Virus record (IMG/VR): IMGVR_UViG_3300021431_004524
Coordinates: 171,654-235,653 of that record
Direction: 5' to 3' (one strand)
DNA: 64,000 nt
Origin: a virus
Taxonomy: Duplodnaviria; Caudoviricetes
In this document: piece after piece, positions 47,651 through 56,497 of the stretch
How positions within the stretch are numbered: position 1 is the first letter of the stretch
Layout: the number at the start of each line of letters is the position of its first letter
Notes under the pieces: model-generated
Seen by the model: the letters and a program-made list of their open reading frames with translations, nothing else
What the model was told of the DNA's origin: nothing
The model's database searches: none
Position numbers and translations under genes: made by a program

Positions 47651-48425
47651 TAACTGTGTCCTCCTCTATACATTTTATTTTAATCATAGTGAAATCATCA
47701 CCATTAAGCATCACTTCATTACCGGTATCTGAACATTTTCCTTTAACGACTACATTGTATAACCTTTGTAAAGGCATTTTCTGATATTTCTCTTCACATG
47801 TATCTGTTTCAAAGAATATCTTCTTGGCATCCTCATTCTTGCTTGCACCATATTGAGATACGAAACTCTCCAAGCCATCAGATGAAATACATATTTCCTT
47901 ACAAATACTAAATACGCCTTTTTCTAATCTGCAATAGTTGTATAAATAACTATCGAAATCTGCCGGTTTGACCGTTGATAAATACCAAACGGCATTTCCA
48001 TTAGGGTCATGTACGTTTTCAAAGAGCCTTGTGTCTAATATACTGCGTCCATAGCACCCATCACCGGCCAGACAGATTGTATATTTCTCATTTTCCTTGT
48101 CGATGAACAAAAGCACTACAGTACTGAGCATTTCTTCATTGACCTTATAGTTAAGAGACCATATCTTTCTGTTTAATTCCCTTAGAATGTTCTCTACTAC
48201 GTTGGTTGCATAGATTGATGTATATTCCTCCAAGTTCTCACATATTTCCCTAAGTTTATACTTATGCATAGTAGAGGCGAAATGAGAGTCTACACCGGAT
48301 GAACACCCATCAAATACTGCCGCAACAATGAATTTATCATTCTCATACACAAGATAGTCATCCTCACAATGTAAATCGTGAAGACGGCCTTTGCTTATAA
48401 GTGTGTCTATCTTATATTCTTTCAT
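47628..48425 (-). CDS. PP2C-like protein phosphatase (YegK/PphC-like)
   Basis: GRLH...CEDD, AVFDGCSS, AGDG, SSDGL, GDDFT. Confidence 0.8.
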   Translation of the reverse strand: MKEYKIDTLISKGRLHDLHCEDDYLVYENDKFIVAAVFDGCSSGVDSHFASTMHKYKLREICENLEEYTSIYATNVVENILRELNRKIWSLNYKVNEEMLSTVVLLFIDKENEKYTICLAGDGCYGRSILDTRLFENVHDPNGNAVWYLSTVKPADFDSYLYNYCRLEKGVFSICKEICISSDGLESFVSQYGASKNEDAKKIFFETDTCEEKYQKMPLQRLYNVVVKGKCSDTGNEVMLNGDDFTMIKIKCIEEDTVNGKDEVK

Positions 48426-48427
48426 CG

Positions 48428-48790
48428 TTATTTTTTATCTTCTAATCCGCATTTAGTACATTTATAATAGTCATAATGAGAATCATGACTATCATATACC
48501 CAATCATGAGTGCAATGTTCCTGTTTCTCCTTGAGGTATTTATCAATTAAATCCAAATGTTCTTTTAACGGTTTAATATCCTCATTTATATGGGTTATAA
48601 TTTCAGCATATGAATACCGGTCACACTTTATACCAAACCCATTAAGTGCTTTAACAGCATCGTCTATAGTATTACGGTTATCGTAATTTGAGTTAAGTTC
48701 CTTTTTTATATTAGATGAATAATCCTCAATTTCATCAAAAGAACTGCATGCAATGAATACCCTTAACTCATCTTCTGTTTTCAAATCCAT
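48428..48790 (-). CDS. Hypothetical with C-terminal Zn ribbon
   Basis: CTHDW...CTKCG. Confidence 0.65.
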   Translation of the reverse strand: MDLKTEDELRVFIACSSFDEIEDYSSNIKKELNSNYDNRNTIDDAVKALNGFGIKCDRYSYAEIITHINEDIKPLKEHLDLIDKYLKEKQEHCTHDWVYDSHDSHYDYYKCTKCGLEDKK

Positions 48791-48811
48791 ATTAAGCGTT
48801 TTTTATGAATA

Positions 48812-50305
48812 TTAAGCAGATTCAGTATTTTCTTCACCATATACCTTGAAACCGTTATCCCTACGAATATTGGCAAATGCCTCAATCGGCGTAAACCAGT
48901 CCGTACCGTGTCCTTTGTAATCACCGCATTTAATGTCGTAAGGTTTGTCTAACTGATATGATGATTTGTATGCAAAGCCCTCGACGGCATCAATATACAT
49001 ACTATACTCGCCCTCATTTAAGGTAATTGTCTTGTCAGTCTCAAAATTATTTTCAAGCCAATCCTTATATGTGTTAGCAAACGTAGTATCAATACTAACA
49101 CATAAATCTTCACCGAACAACTTGGTTAATTCATCATCAGTGAATGTCTTATGTTCTTGTGTCTTTCCTCGCCCATTAGTCTTATAACCCAAGAAAAGGA
49201 AATCGAAATACTTATATTGCTCTTCAATCTTCTGTATAAATTCCCTTGTCTTCTCAACGCCAAGAAGTTCAGGTATCAGATGAATTGTAATCTGCTTATA
49301 GCCATCACGATTGAATGAGGACTTAAAATCGCCAAGAATATCAATATCTTTCTCATCAGTTACGGATACACCTATTGCAGTGACATAATCCTTAAATAAT
49401 TTAAGATATTTCTCGTTTGAAAGAATTTCTTTGCAGTCTTTTGCATTAATGGTCGTATTAATAATGTGACCACATTCTTTCATGTACTTGAACAACTCTT
49501 CAAGATGTGGATAAAGAAGTATGTTTCCACCGCCAACTGAGAACTCAACACGTCTGTCATAATGGTCATATTCATTTGACGATAAACATCTAATTATACC
49601 CTTAAGTTTGAGGAAATCGGCCTCTTTCTCCTTCATTGAAGAGTCCATGAAACAGAACGGGCAACCATGTTGGCACTTGTTAGTGATGCGAAGGTCAACA
49701 AGTTCCGGATATGATGGAACACAGTCACCTTTTTCGGTCTTGAAACGAATTCTTCCATTCCATCCGTACCCAATCCAATAGTTACCGTTCTTTACTACAC
49801 CTTTTTGGGCATTACCAATTCCAATATCATCAGGCAATGCTATTTCTTTATGCCCCTCTTTTGTCTCATATACAAATTCCATTTCATCAGAACCACCGAC
49901 AATAATAATGTCATCATCATCAATTACGTTTTTAAGGAAATCAATACTGGCTTCAAGTTCTGTGCCTTTTCTGAAACTAAGTGAACCTCTGGTATACATA
50001 CCGAACGTTTCATACTGACCGTCTTCCTTTGCTTTCTTGGCAAGTTCAGAGTATTGTTTCATTTCCGGATAATACTGACACATTATGTCGAATAGTATCT
50101 CATTCCAAAATATATTCGCAGCGACGTACTTAATCTTAGCCTCTCTTGAAGCAGCAATCGTCTCGTCAAACCTATCATAATAGTTTAGTTTAAAGATATT
50201 CAAATCCTTAAACATTTCATCCTTATTACGATAGATTATTGAATGTGTTGAACTACTGTTGGTTGCAAAACCCTTTCTGAAATTCTTTAAATAAACTGCT
50301 CTCAT
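48812..50305 (-). CDS. Radical SAM protein with an N-terminal TNSSSTHS domain
   Basis: CQHGCPFC, SVGGGN; N-terminal GFATNSSSTHS. Confidence 0.85.
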   Translation of the reverse strand: MRAVYLKNFRKGFATNSSSTHSIIYRNKDEMFKDLNIFKLNYYDRFDETIAASREAKIKYVAANIFWNEILFDIMCQYYPEMKQYSELAKKAKEDGQYETFGMYTRGSLSFRKGTELEASIDFLKNVIDDDDIIIVGGSDEMEFVYETKEGHKEIALPDDIGIGNAQKGVVKNGNYWIGYGWNGRIRFKTEKGDCVPSYPELVDLRITNKCQHGCPFCFMDSSMKEKEADFLKLKGIIRCLSSNEYDHYDRRVEFSVGGGNILLYPHLEELFKYMKECGHIINTTINAKDCKEILSNEKYLKLFKDYVTAIGVSVTDEKDIDILGDFKSSFNRDGYKQITIHLIPELLGVEKTREFIQKIEEQYKYFDFLFLGYKTNGRGKTQEHKTFTDDELTKLFGEDLCVSIDTTFANTYKDWLENNFETDKTITLNEGEYSMYIDAVEGFAYKSSYQLDKPYDIKCGDYKGHGTDWFTPIEAFANIRRDNGFKVYGEENTESA

Positions 50306-50317
50306 ATTAATTTATCT

Positions 50318-51481
50318 TTAATGCTTAAATTGCTTATCCCAAATCATCTCATTATATTCCGTAGGTTCTGGGAAATCAAACTGACTCCACATACGGTCAA
50401 TTACCTCTAACGGCATCATTCCCTTACGTCTGTCTTTATATGTCTGCAAGTCAGGTGCTTCTATATACACATATACAATTCTCGGCATGAACCTTAATGT
50501 CATATCAGTATATGCATCACGATACATCTTACGGACATTAGTGTTGTCAATAACAAAATCCTGCTTATTCTTACAACACTCCAACATTCTCTCATTGAAT
50601 ATCTCCGTTACATGACTTTCCTGTTCCTTATTACCTTGTGGCTTCTCACCCTTGATACCAATCTCTGTACGTATAAGGTCACGGCTAATCTGAACGGCAT
50701 CTTTAAGACACTTCTCAATATAATACGATTTACCACTACCAGGCACGCCTATCATTACATACATGGTGAATTGACCGTAATCCTTTGGCAATGCACATCC
50801 TTCCGGGAACGGTCTGTCCTTGAAATGGAAGAACCTTATTTTTTCATATTCATTGTTAAACTCATAAGGGGTTTCATAACAATTCAATCCTTCGGCAAGT
50901 GACTTGATACGTTCCTCTTTTTCCGCAATAAACTCTTCATCCTCTTCATCGTTCTTAGAGCCAAGAGAATCACAGATATTAAGGATAAGCATATCCTTAA
51001 CCCTTACCCTACCATGAGATAACTGTATCATCTTACGGGTAGACATTTCCTCCTTATCAAAGATATGGTGTAAATCCATGTGATGACGTACCATATAGCA
51101 AACCTTCTCACGTAATGTAAATTCCTCATCAAAGAATAGCCTACGTGTAATCTTAGCACCTACAAGCCCATGACACTTTGTAGTGTAATCACCCTTTTCC
51201 TCATCGAACTTGGTGGTTGAAGGCTTTCCAAGGTCATGGCATATTGCGGCAGACATCATCATAATGTAATATTCATTGTCTGATGGCTCAACGTTCTCAC
51301 GGTTAAGAAGATATGAACGCATAGTATCTGTCACAGCAATCTCATGATTTCGTACATTTCCCTCTTTGTGCCATGTCTTAGATTGTTCACAGGTTTCCAT
51401 ATCCTTGAATTCCTTGATTGAGAAAATCTTATCCCAATCCGGAAGCCATGTCTCTTGATTAAATAATTCCTTAAACTTCAT
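50318..51481 (-). CDS. HD-domain phosphohydrolase fused to a polynucleotide kinase (AAA_33)
   Basis: WHKEG, CHDLGK, RHHM; GVPGSGKS, ISRD, DNTN. Confidence 0.85.
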   Translation of the reverse strand: MKFKELFNQETWLPDWDKIFSIKEFKDMETCEQSKTWHKEGNVRNHEIAVTDTMRSYLLNRENVEPSDNEYYIMMMSAAICHDLGKPSTTKFDEEKGDYTTKCHGLVGAKITRRLFFDEEFTLREKVCYMVRHHMDLHHIFDKEEMSTRKMIQLSHGRVRVKDMLILNICDSLGSKNDEEDEEFIAEKEERIKSLAEGLNCYETPYEFNNEYEKIRFFHFKDRPFPEGCALPKDYGQFTMYVMIGVPGSGKSYYIEKCLKDAVQISRDLIRTEIGIKGEKPQGNKEQESHVTEIFNERMLECCKNKQDFVIDNTNVRKMYRDAYTDMTLRFMPRIVYVYIEAPDLQTYKDRRKGMMPLEVIDRMWSQFDFPEPTEYNEMIWDKQFKH

Positions 51482-51515
51482 TTTGTTTCTTTTCCAATAT
51501 ACAACTTATTTTCGG

Positions 51516-51560
51516 CAAAGATACTACAAAAAAACGAAACCACCAAAGTAATTTCGTTAA
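51516..51560 (-). promoter_or_regulatory. Promoter with TTAAC element overlapping a hairpin
   Basis: TTAAC-N8-TTTG-N20-TATCTTTG; AACGAAA/TTTCGTT stem. Confidence 0.75.
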
Positions 51561-51584
51561 TCTTTGTTAAAGGTTATTATTTGT

Positions 51585-51983
51585 TTATTCCTTATTTAAT
51601 TCTTCAACCAATTCATCAAGTGAAGTAAACGTCTTACCGCCATTTCTCTGAATAAGGTCTGCTGTTGCTTTAAGTGATTTAACTTGGAATTTCTCAAACT
51701 TCTTGCCATCATCCTCTTCAAGATAACAGAAATAGGTCTTCTTATCCGCATAATGACTTGATTGAACCGCTTCTGCTATCGAGAATACACCGGTCATTAA
51801 TGGCGTAATAACATACAGATGGATATTACATACGTCATTCTTCTGCCTTTCTTCCTCTGCTTGACATTCAGGTGTCCAATCCTCTACAACCGGATTAAAA
51901 TACTCAATTTTCAACTTTGGAATAATTCGGTCTCTCCATGTACTGTTATTGCAAGTACCTCCTAAAAATACTTTACTCTTCAT
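51585..51983 (-). CDS. Nucleoside 2-deoxyribosyltransferase-like protein
   Basis: KVFLGGTC...WR...YFNPVVEDW...FSIAEA. Confidence 0.75.
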   Translation of the reverse strand: MKSKVFLGGTCNNSTWRDRIIPKLKIEYFNPVVEDWTPECQAEEERQKNDVCNIHLYVITPLMTGVFSIAEAVQSSHYADKKTYFCYLEEDDGKKFEKFQVKSLKATADLIQRNGGKTFTSLDELVEELNKE

Positions 51984-52005
51984 AATCTTTTATCTCTATT
52001 TGGCT

Positions 52006-52347
52006 TTAAAATTTCTTTAACTTTTCAATCTCATCAGCATACTTGTTCAACAAGGTCGTAAATCTATCAGGTCTTGTTGGATTAACCAACTTAGGTGCTA
52101 TCGAGAATTTCAGTGTTGTTAAATCCCAGCCACGTTTTTCAAGTTCATCCCTAACTTCCTGAGTGAATACCCTTGAGAATATCCAACTACCATCAGAACT
52201 ACCCAATTTCATTACAGGCCATGACGCAACAAGGCTATAATTGTGTTTGTCTTCATCATCGTGTCCATAATATACACGAAGTTTGTCCTTTTCACTAATT
52301 TTAAGTTTCTTTTGTTTCATTTTTATGTATTTATCAGTTATTCTCAT
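52006..52347 (-). CDS. Hypothetical
   Basis: ELEKRGWDLTTLKFSI motif. Confidence 0.65.
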   Translation of the reverse strand: MRITDKYIKMKQKKLKISEKDKLRVYYGHDDEDKHNYSLVASWPVMKLGSSDGSWIFSRVFTQEVRDELEKRGWDLTTLKFSIAPKLVNPTRPDRFTTLLNKYADEIEKLKKF

Positions 52348-52365
52348 AAGTTTAGATAATATATA

Positions 52366-52854
52366 TTAGAAATCATAACGTTCACCCATATCTTTCTTTA
52401 TCGTACATTCTCCATATTTCTTAATTATAAGATTCCTTTGCTCTGTAAGAGCATTTTTCAAATCTTCTATATCTTCATAATCGACATATAAACATTCATA
52501 TTCATATTCTCCTAAATCCTCGACTATAATATTAATGATTTCTAAACGGATATGTTTCTCAAAATCATAATAGCCAAACCTCATTTCTCCGGCTGGTCCT
52601 TTGATTTTTACATAAATTTCATCACCATTAATTTTTGTATAGCGGCTAAAAGAGCCATTACTATTAAAAATAGGCTTAATTTCTGTTTCAGGAACAAAAA
52701 TCTCTGTTAAAAACGCATCATCAAAAAGGTTTCCTATTGGTTTTGGTTCCTTGACAATATATCTTTCGAATGGATAATGTTCATTAAAAACGCTTAAAAA
52801 ATCTTCATCATAATTCATAAATTTATTCTCCCCATTTATTAATTTTTCCTTCAA
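52366..52854 (-). CDS. Hypothetical
   Basis: ORF; true start may be the downstream Met. Confidence 0.55.
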   Translation of the reverse strand: MKEKLINGENKFMNYDEDFLSVFNEHYPFERYIVKEPKPIGNLFDDAFLTEIFVPETEIKPIFNSNGSFSRYTKINGDEIYVKIKGPAGEMRFGYYDFEKHIRLEIINIIVEDLGEYEYECLYVDYEDIEDLKNALTEQRNLIIKKYGECTIKKDMGERYDF

Positions 52855-53173
52855 TTAGCAAATAAAAATATTCATCTTCTGTTAATGCCGTTATCTTATC
52901 TGGTTTTTTAATCAATAATGGCTCTATTCCCATATACTCTATGCATTCCGCAGGTGTAATTCTGCCTTGTTCTGCATCTAAATGATGTTCTGAACACAAA
53001 GCCGCACCATTTGACAAATAATAACCGCCATCAGACCATAATTTTCTATCAAGTATATGGTGAGCATCTACAGCATCTTTACAACAACCAGGAACGCAGC
53101 ATCTACCATTATATTTAGCAAATACTTGTTTCTTAAATTCTTCTCTTGTTAGAACTCCATTATTAGTAGTCAT
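52823..53173 (-). CDS. HNH endonuclease
   Basis: CCVPGC...DAHHI...NGAALCSEHH. Confidence 0.8.
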   Translation of the reverse strand: MTTNNGVLTREEFKKQVFAKYNGRCCVPGCCKDAVDAHHILDRKLWSDGGYYLSNGAALCSEHHLDAEQGRITPAECIEYMGIEPLLIKKPDKITALTEDEYFYLLIEGKINKWGE

Positions 53174-53189
53174 ACCATAAACATTTCCG

Positions 53190-53234
53190 CAAAGATACTA
53201 CAAAAAAACGGAACTTCCAAGGAAATTCCGTTAA
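53190..53234 (-). promoter_or_regulatory. Promoter with TTAAC element overlapping a terminator hairpin
   Basis: TTAAC-N8-CTTG-N20-TATCTTTG; AACGGAA/TTCCGTT stem followed by a T run. Confidence 0.75.
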
Positions 53235-53240
53235 TTTTTA

Positions 53241-53705
53241 CTAATCGTAATATCTAATTGTATAACTCATCATATTAGGAGAGTAGAGGAAATCAAGTAT
53301 TTTCTTCGCAAGGATTTCATACTTACCCTCTTTTGCAATTAAATACAGAAAAGTACTTGGTGCTGATTCATAATCGTTACACACCTCTTCCATTTCGACA
53401 TATAGCATCCATTCCGGTTTCTTAATCTCACCAACCATTATTTCATCTATTATTGTATGAACATAGTCAAGACGTTCTTCCTCTGTCTGACACTCACCGG
53501 TTAATTGAACCGGTATCTCCAATCGGTCAGGTGCTTCATTCCAATACTTATAGTTTGCATATGTAACGTCCTTGCAGAATACACCGTAATAGAATAAATC
53601 ATCAGGCGTAACGGACGGTATGTTGAACACAAGGAAAAACTCTTTAAGCATTTCCTTCAAAAACTCTATCGAATTACTTGAATATACATAAGTACCAATC
53701 TTCAT
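53241..53705 (-). CDS. Hypothetical (late-motif preceded)
   Basis: ATATTTAT at 53730-53737. Confidence 0.65.
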   Translation of the reverse strand: MKIGTYVYSSNSIEFLKEMLKEFFLVFNIPSVTPDDLFYYGVFCKDVTYANYKYWNEAPDRLEIPVQLTGECQTEEERLDYVHTIIDEIMVGEIKKPEWMLYVEMEEVCNDYESAPSTFLYLIAKEGKYEILAKKILDFLYSPNMMSYTIRYYD

Positions 53706-53773
53706 ATTAATAATATATAAGGTATAATAATAAATATTTTGTAAAAATAAATAAAATTTCTATTCTTTTTAAG

Positions 53774-53802
53774 AGTTGTTTGCTAATAATTAGCAAACAA
53801 CT
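53774..53802. promoter_or_regulatory. Perfect palindrome (14-bp arms) with core CTAAT-W-ATTAG
   Basis: AGTTGTTTGCTAAT-A-ATTAGCAAACAACT. Confidence 0.6.
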
Positions 53803-53809
53803 AAACGAA

Positions 53810-54595
53810 ATGAGAAGAAGAATATTATTTAGTGGGGGTGGGGTAACATTATCGTCATATTCGGAGACTGTTGAGCCAAATGCAAGCTCAATTAGTATAA
53901 CCGCTTACGCCAATGGACAGCCCATTACTGACGCAACATCGTCAATGCTTACAAAAGACGGAAGTAAGATTACAAGTGCCACTATTAACTCAAGTGGGGT
54001 TATAACGATGAGTTATACCCGTAATACAAGCACAAGCTATAGTCAAACCGGTTGGATTAAGTTTACGTATAAAGAACAAACCGTACAGTTTAACTTGACA
54101 CAAAGTAGGGATTATGTTACTAGTACATCAACTAGTTCAACTCGTACCGAAACAAGGGAGGTCATAACCAATGTAAATTATAACGGTTTTGGTCATTTGG
54201 AACTTATGAGAAGCGAATGCATATCTCAAGGTCAACCAAGTTATGTAACTTTTGAAAACAGCACTGGAACGATTAATACGGAATATTATCATTATAAGTA
54301 TACATATTATAAATCGGGAAATTCTACTTCAGTCAGAGTGACTGAGAGAGAAACACAAACACCAAGTACTACTCTTACCGCTAAATTTGTGTCAGACCAA
54401 GTATATGATGATTTAGTTGTTGGTCAAACTTATAGCGGAACTTTTTATTTAGGTTCAGACAGTGTTAGTGCAAGTGCAAAAATTACAAAGAAAATAGTGC
54501 ATGTGGGTGGGTGCTGGACCGATGCAACCATTACTCATAACGGAAGCATAATTGGCGAATTTAGTGATATATATATGACTGGTTGTGTTGACTAA
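53810..54595 (+). CDS. MRRR-family BACON-like adhesin (start revised to MRRRILFS)
   Basis: N-terminus shared with 17040/17142; BACON-like TGWIKFTY...FNLTQ. Confidence 0.7.
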   Translation: MRRRILFSGGGVTLSSYSETVEPNASSISITAYANGQPITDATSSMLTKDGSKITSATINSSGVITMSYTRNTSTSYSQTGWIKFTYKEQTVQFNLTQSRDYVTSTSTSSTRTETREVITNVNYNGFGHLELMRSECISQGQPSYVTFENSTGTINTEYYHYKYTYYKSGNSTSVRVTERETQTPSTTLTAKFVSDQVYDDLVVGQTYSGTFYLGSDSVSASAKITKKIVHVGGCWTDATITHNGSIIGEFSDIYMTGCVD

Positions 54596-54694
54596 AAATG
54601 ATTATTTATTTCCTTTTCCATATATCTTAAACAGAATAAAATGATTAAAGATTTTTGAATAGATTTTAATTTTTAAAGTTTAGTATATATAGTC

Positions 54695-54732
54695 AAAAAA
54701 AGGAGTGATTCTATGTGAATAGCGTCACTCCT
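54695..54732 (-). terminator. Intrinsic terminator
   Basis: AGGAGTGA...TCACTCCT followed by a T run on the minus strand. Confidence 0.75.
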
Positions 54733-54754
54733 AAATTATTTTATACGAACATTG

Positions 54755-55564
54755 TCATCCATTACCTATTTCCTGCCAATTGGCATCATATATCTTACCA
54801 TTTGTGTTATCCTTTATATTATATATCGGTACCGGTGTCATTGAATTAACAACGATTGCAGGACCTCCTTTCCAATACTGAGCAATATATGGGTATTTCT
54901 TGAATGCATTCATTAATGTGCCAAACCGTTCAATATCATTCTCAAAGTCATATACTTGATTAGGATTGACAAGACAATAGTATGTATATTGGCCCCCGTT
55001 CGATTGGTCACTGCCTCGTTCCTTACTTCCCCAAAAATAGATGCCTGTATCTGAATTATTGGAATATAGATTAGGCTGTCCCTTTTTAACGACACCATCG
55101 GTTATCTTATATGAGCTGTCATGTTTCAATACGACTTTATCACCCGACATTTCAAGTTGACTCAAGAACATTTGATGTTTCTGTTCTTGCTCGGCTGTTT
55201 TCTTTTTGCCAAGAAACGCTTCACCATAATATGTGTCACGGTATTGGTCATAAATCTGAAGATACTGTTTCTGATATGTAGGCACTTCAATTTCATAACC
55301 CGTACCATCGGGTTTGGTATTATATGCGGTCGCTCTATATCTGTATGTTCCGAAATCATCTGTCTGTGGGTAGTTAGGGTCAACCATAAGATAGGCATCA
55401 CCACCGGTTCCTATATTAGAACCGTTCTTGATGACACCTATATTAATCCAACCGGTCATATCCTTATCATTTAATCCCTCATTAAGAAGCCTAACATCCG
55501 GGTTAAGTTTCTCCATCCATTCATTTACATTATGTAACCAATCAGTGTTATTTACTATTCCCAT
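54755..55564 (-). CDS. Putative ART-fold protein carrying the shared VNEWMEKLNPD leader
   Basis: LKHDSS, GIYFW and YTYYC spacing resembles ART motifs; leader shared with 55555. Confidence 0.45.
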   Translation of the reverse strand: MGIVNNTDWLHNVNEWMEKLNPDVRLLNEGLNDKDMTGWINIGVIKNGSNIGTGGDAYLMVDPNYPQTDDFGTYRYRATAYNTKPDGTGYEIEVPTYQKQYLQIYDQYRDTYYGEAFLGKKKTAEQEQKHQMFLSQLEMSGDKVVLKHDSSYKITDGVVKKGQPNLYSNNSDTGIYFWGSKERGSDQSNGGQYTYYCLVNPNQVYDFENDIERFGTLMNAFKKYPYIAQYWKGGPAIVVNSMTPVPIYNIKDNTNGKIYDANWQEIGNG

Positions 55565-56466
55565 ATCATAACCTCACCTTTTCTTCTCATTCTTTCCGAT
55601 AACTGACAAGGCATTGGGTTTACATAGCATTCTCCAAACTGAATGTCATATGTATAACGTTTTCCAATACTATCGATGTCATTAAGATGTTCTTGATAAT
55701 ACTTCTCAAAACCATCGTTTGTTACAGGAATATTGTTTTGATGGCAATAAGCCTTGTACTTACCCATCAGTTTGGCACGTATTTCCTTGTCAACATTCTC
55801 CTTTGACTTGAATGAAGTGAAAAATTCTTGCTTCGGGTCGTTCTTCCAAGTCTTTTCACTTTCACGGCTATTCACCTTATTACCGTTTCTGTCAAGATAT
55901 ATTGCCGCTTGTCCGGGTGCTTTAATAAGAACACTGTCTTGGTCATATTTACCACAAAGTTCTAATGCAAATTGTTTTAATTCATCAAAATTCCTTGGCT
56001 GACCATTAGCATCGTAATTGAAGACCACGAATGATGGCTCATAGTCATCCTCAACACCGTTTGTACCTCTATAACCGCCATATGTAGGCAAGAATGAATA
56101 CCCACTCTTCTGCAAGTCACTGATAAGTGCCTTAGTCTGTGCATCGTTCCTCTCTTGTGGCATATCACTTCTGTTGGCACTGATGTTAATCATACCATTA
56201 TCGCCATGCTTTTGAAGAACTCTGTCAAGTGTTACTTCATCAATTCTTACGGGTTTGTTATGATTGCTTATAATTCCATAGAAACGGTTCATGACATCCT
56301 CTTTCAGTGTCTCAGCCCTTTCATGGAGTTTTCTGAATGCTTCCTTACGGTTTCTCTGGTCTTCCTCAATGCTTGCCTTTGCTTCATTAATCAACTTAAT
56401 GTCAGGATTAAGTTTTTCCATCCACTCGTTAACATCGCCTAACCAAGTTTTATTATTCTGTTGCAT
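55555..56466 (-). CDS. T3 gp0.3-like SAM lyase (SAMase) domain with N-terminal leader
   Basis: ISANRSD...N...GGYRG...YEPSF...LCGKYDQDSVL parallels T3 SAMase VSAFRSN...N...GCYRE...EE...ACNEWEQDCVL (T3 sequence recalled from memory). Confidence 0.65.
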   Translation of the reverse strand: MQQNNKTWLGDVNEWMEKLNPDIKLINEAKASIEEDQRNRKEAFRKLHERAETLKEDVMNRFYGIISNHNKPVRIDEVTLDRVLQKHGDNGMINISANRSDMPQERNDAQTKALISDLQKSGYSFLPTYGGYRGTNGVEDDYEPSFVVFNYDANGQPRNFDELKQFALELCGKYDQDSVLIKAPGQAAIYLDRNGNKVNSRESEKTWKNDPKQEFFTSFKSKENVDKEIRAKLMGKYKAYCHQNNIPVTNDGFEKYYQEHLNDIDSIGKRYTYDIQFGECYVNPMPCQLSERMRRKGEVMIWE

Positions 56467-56497
56467 GTTTTTAATATGTTTAAAGATAAATATGTCA

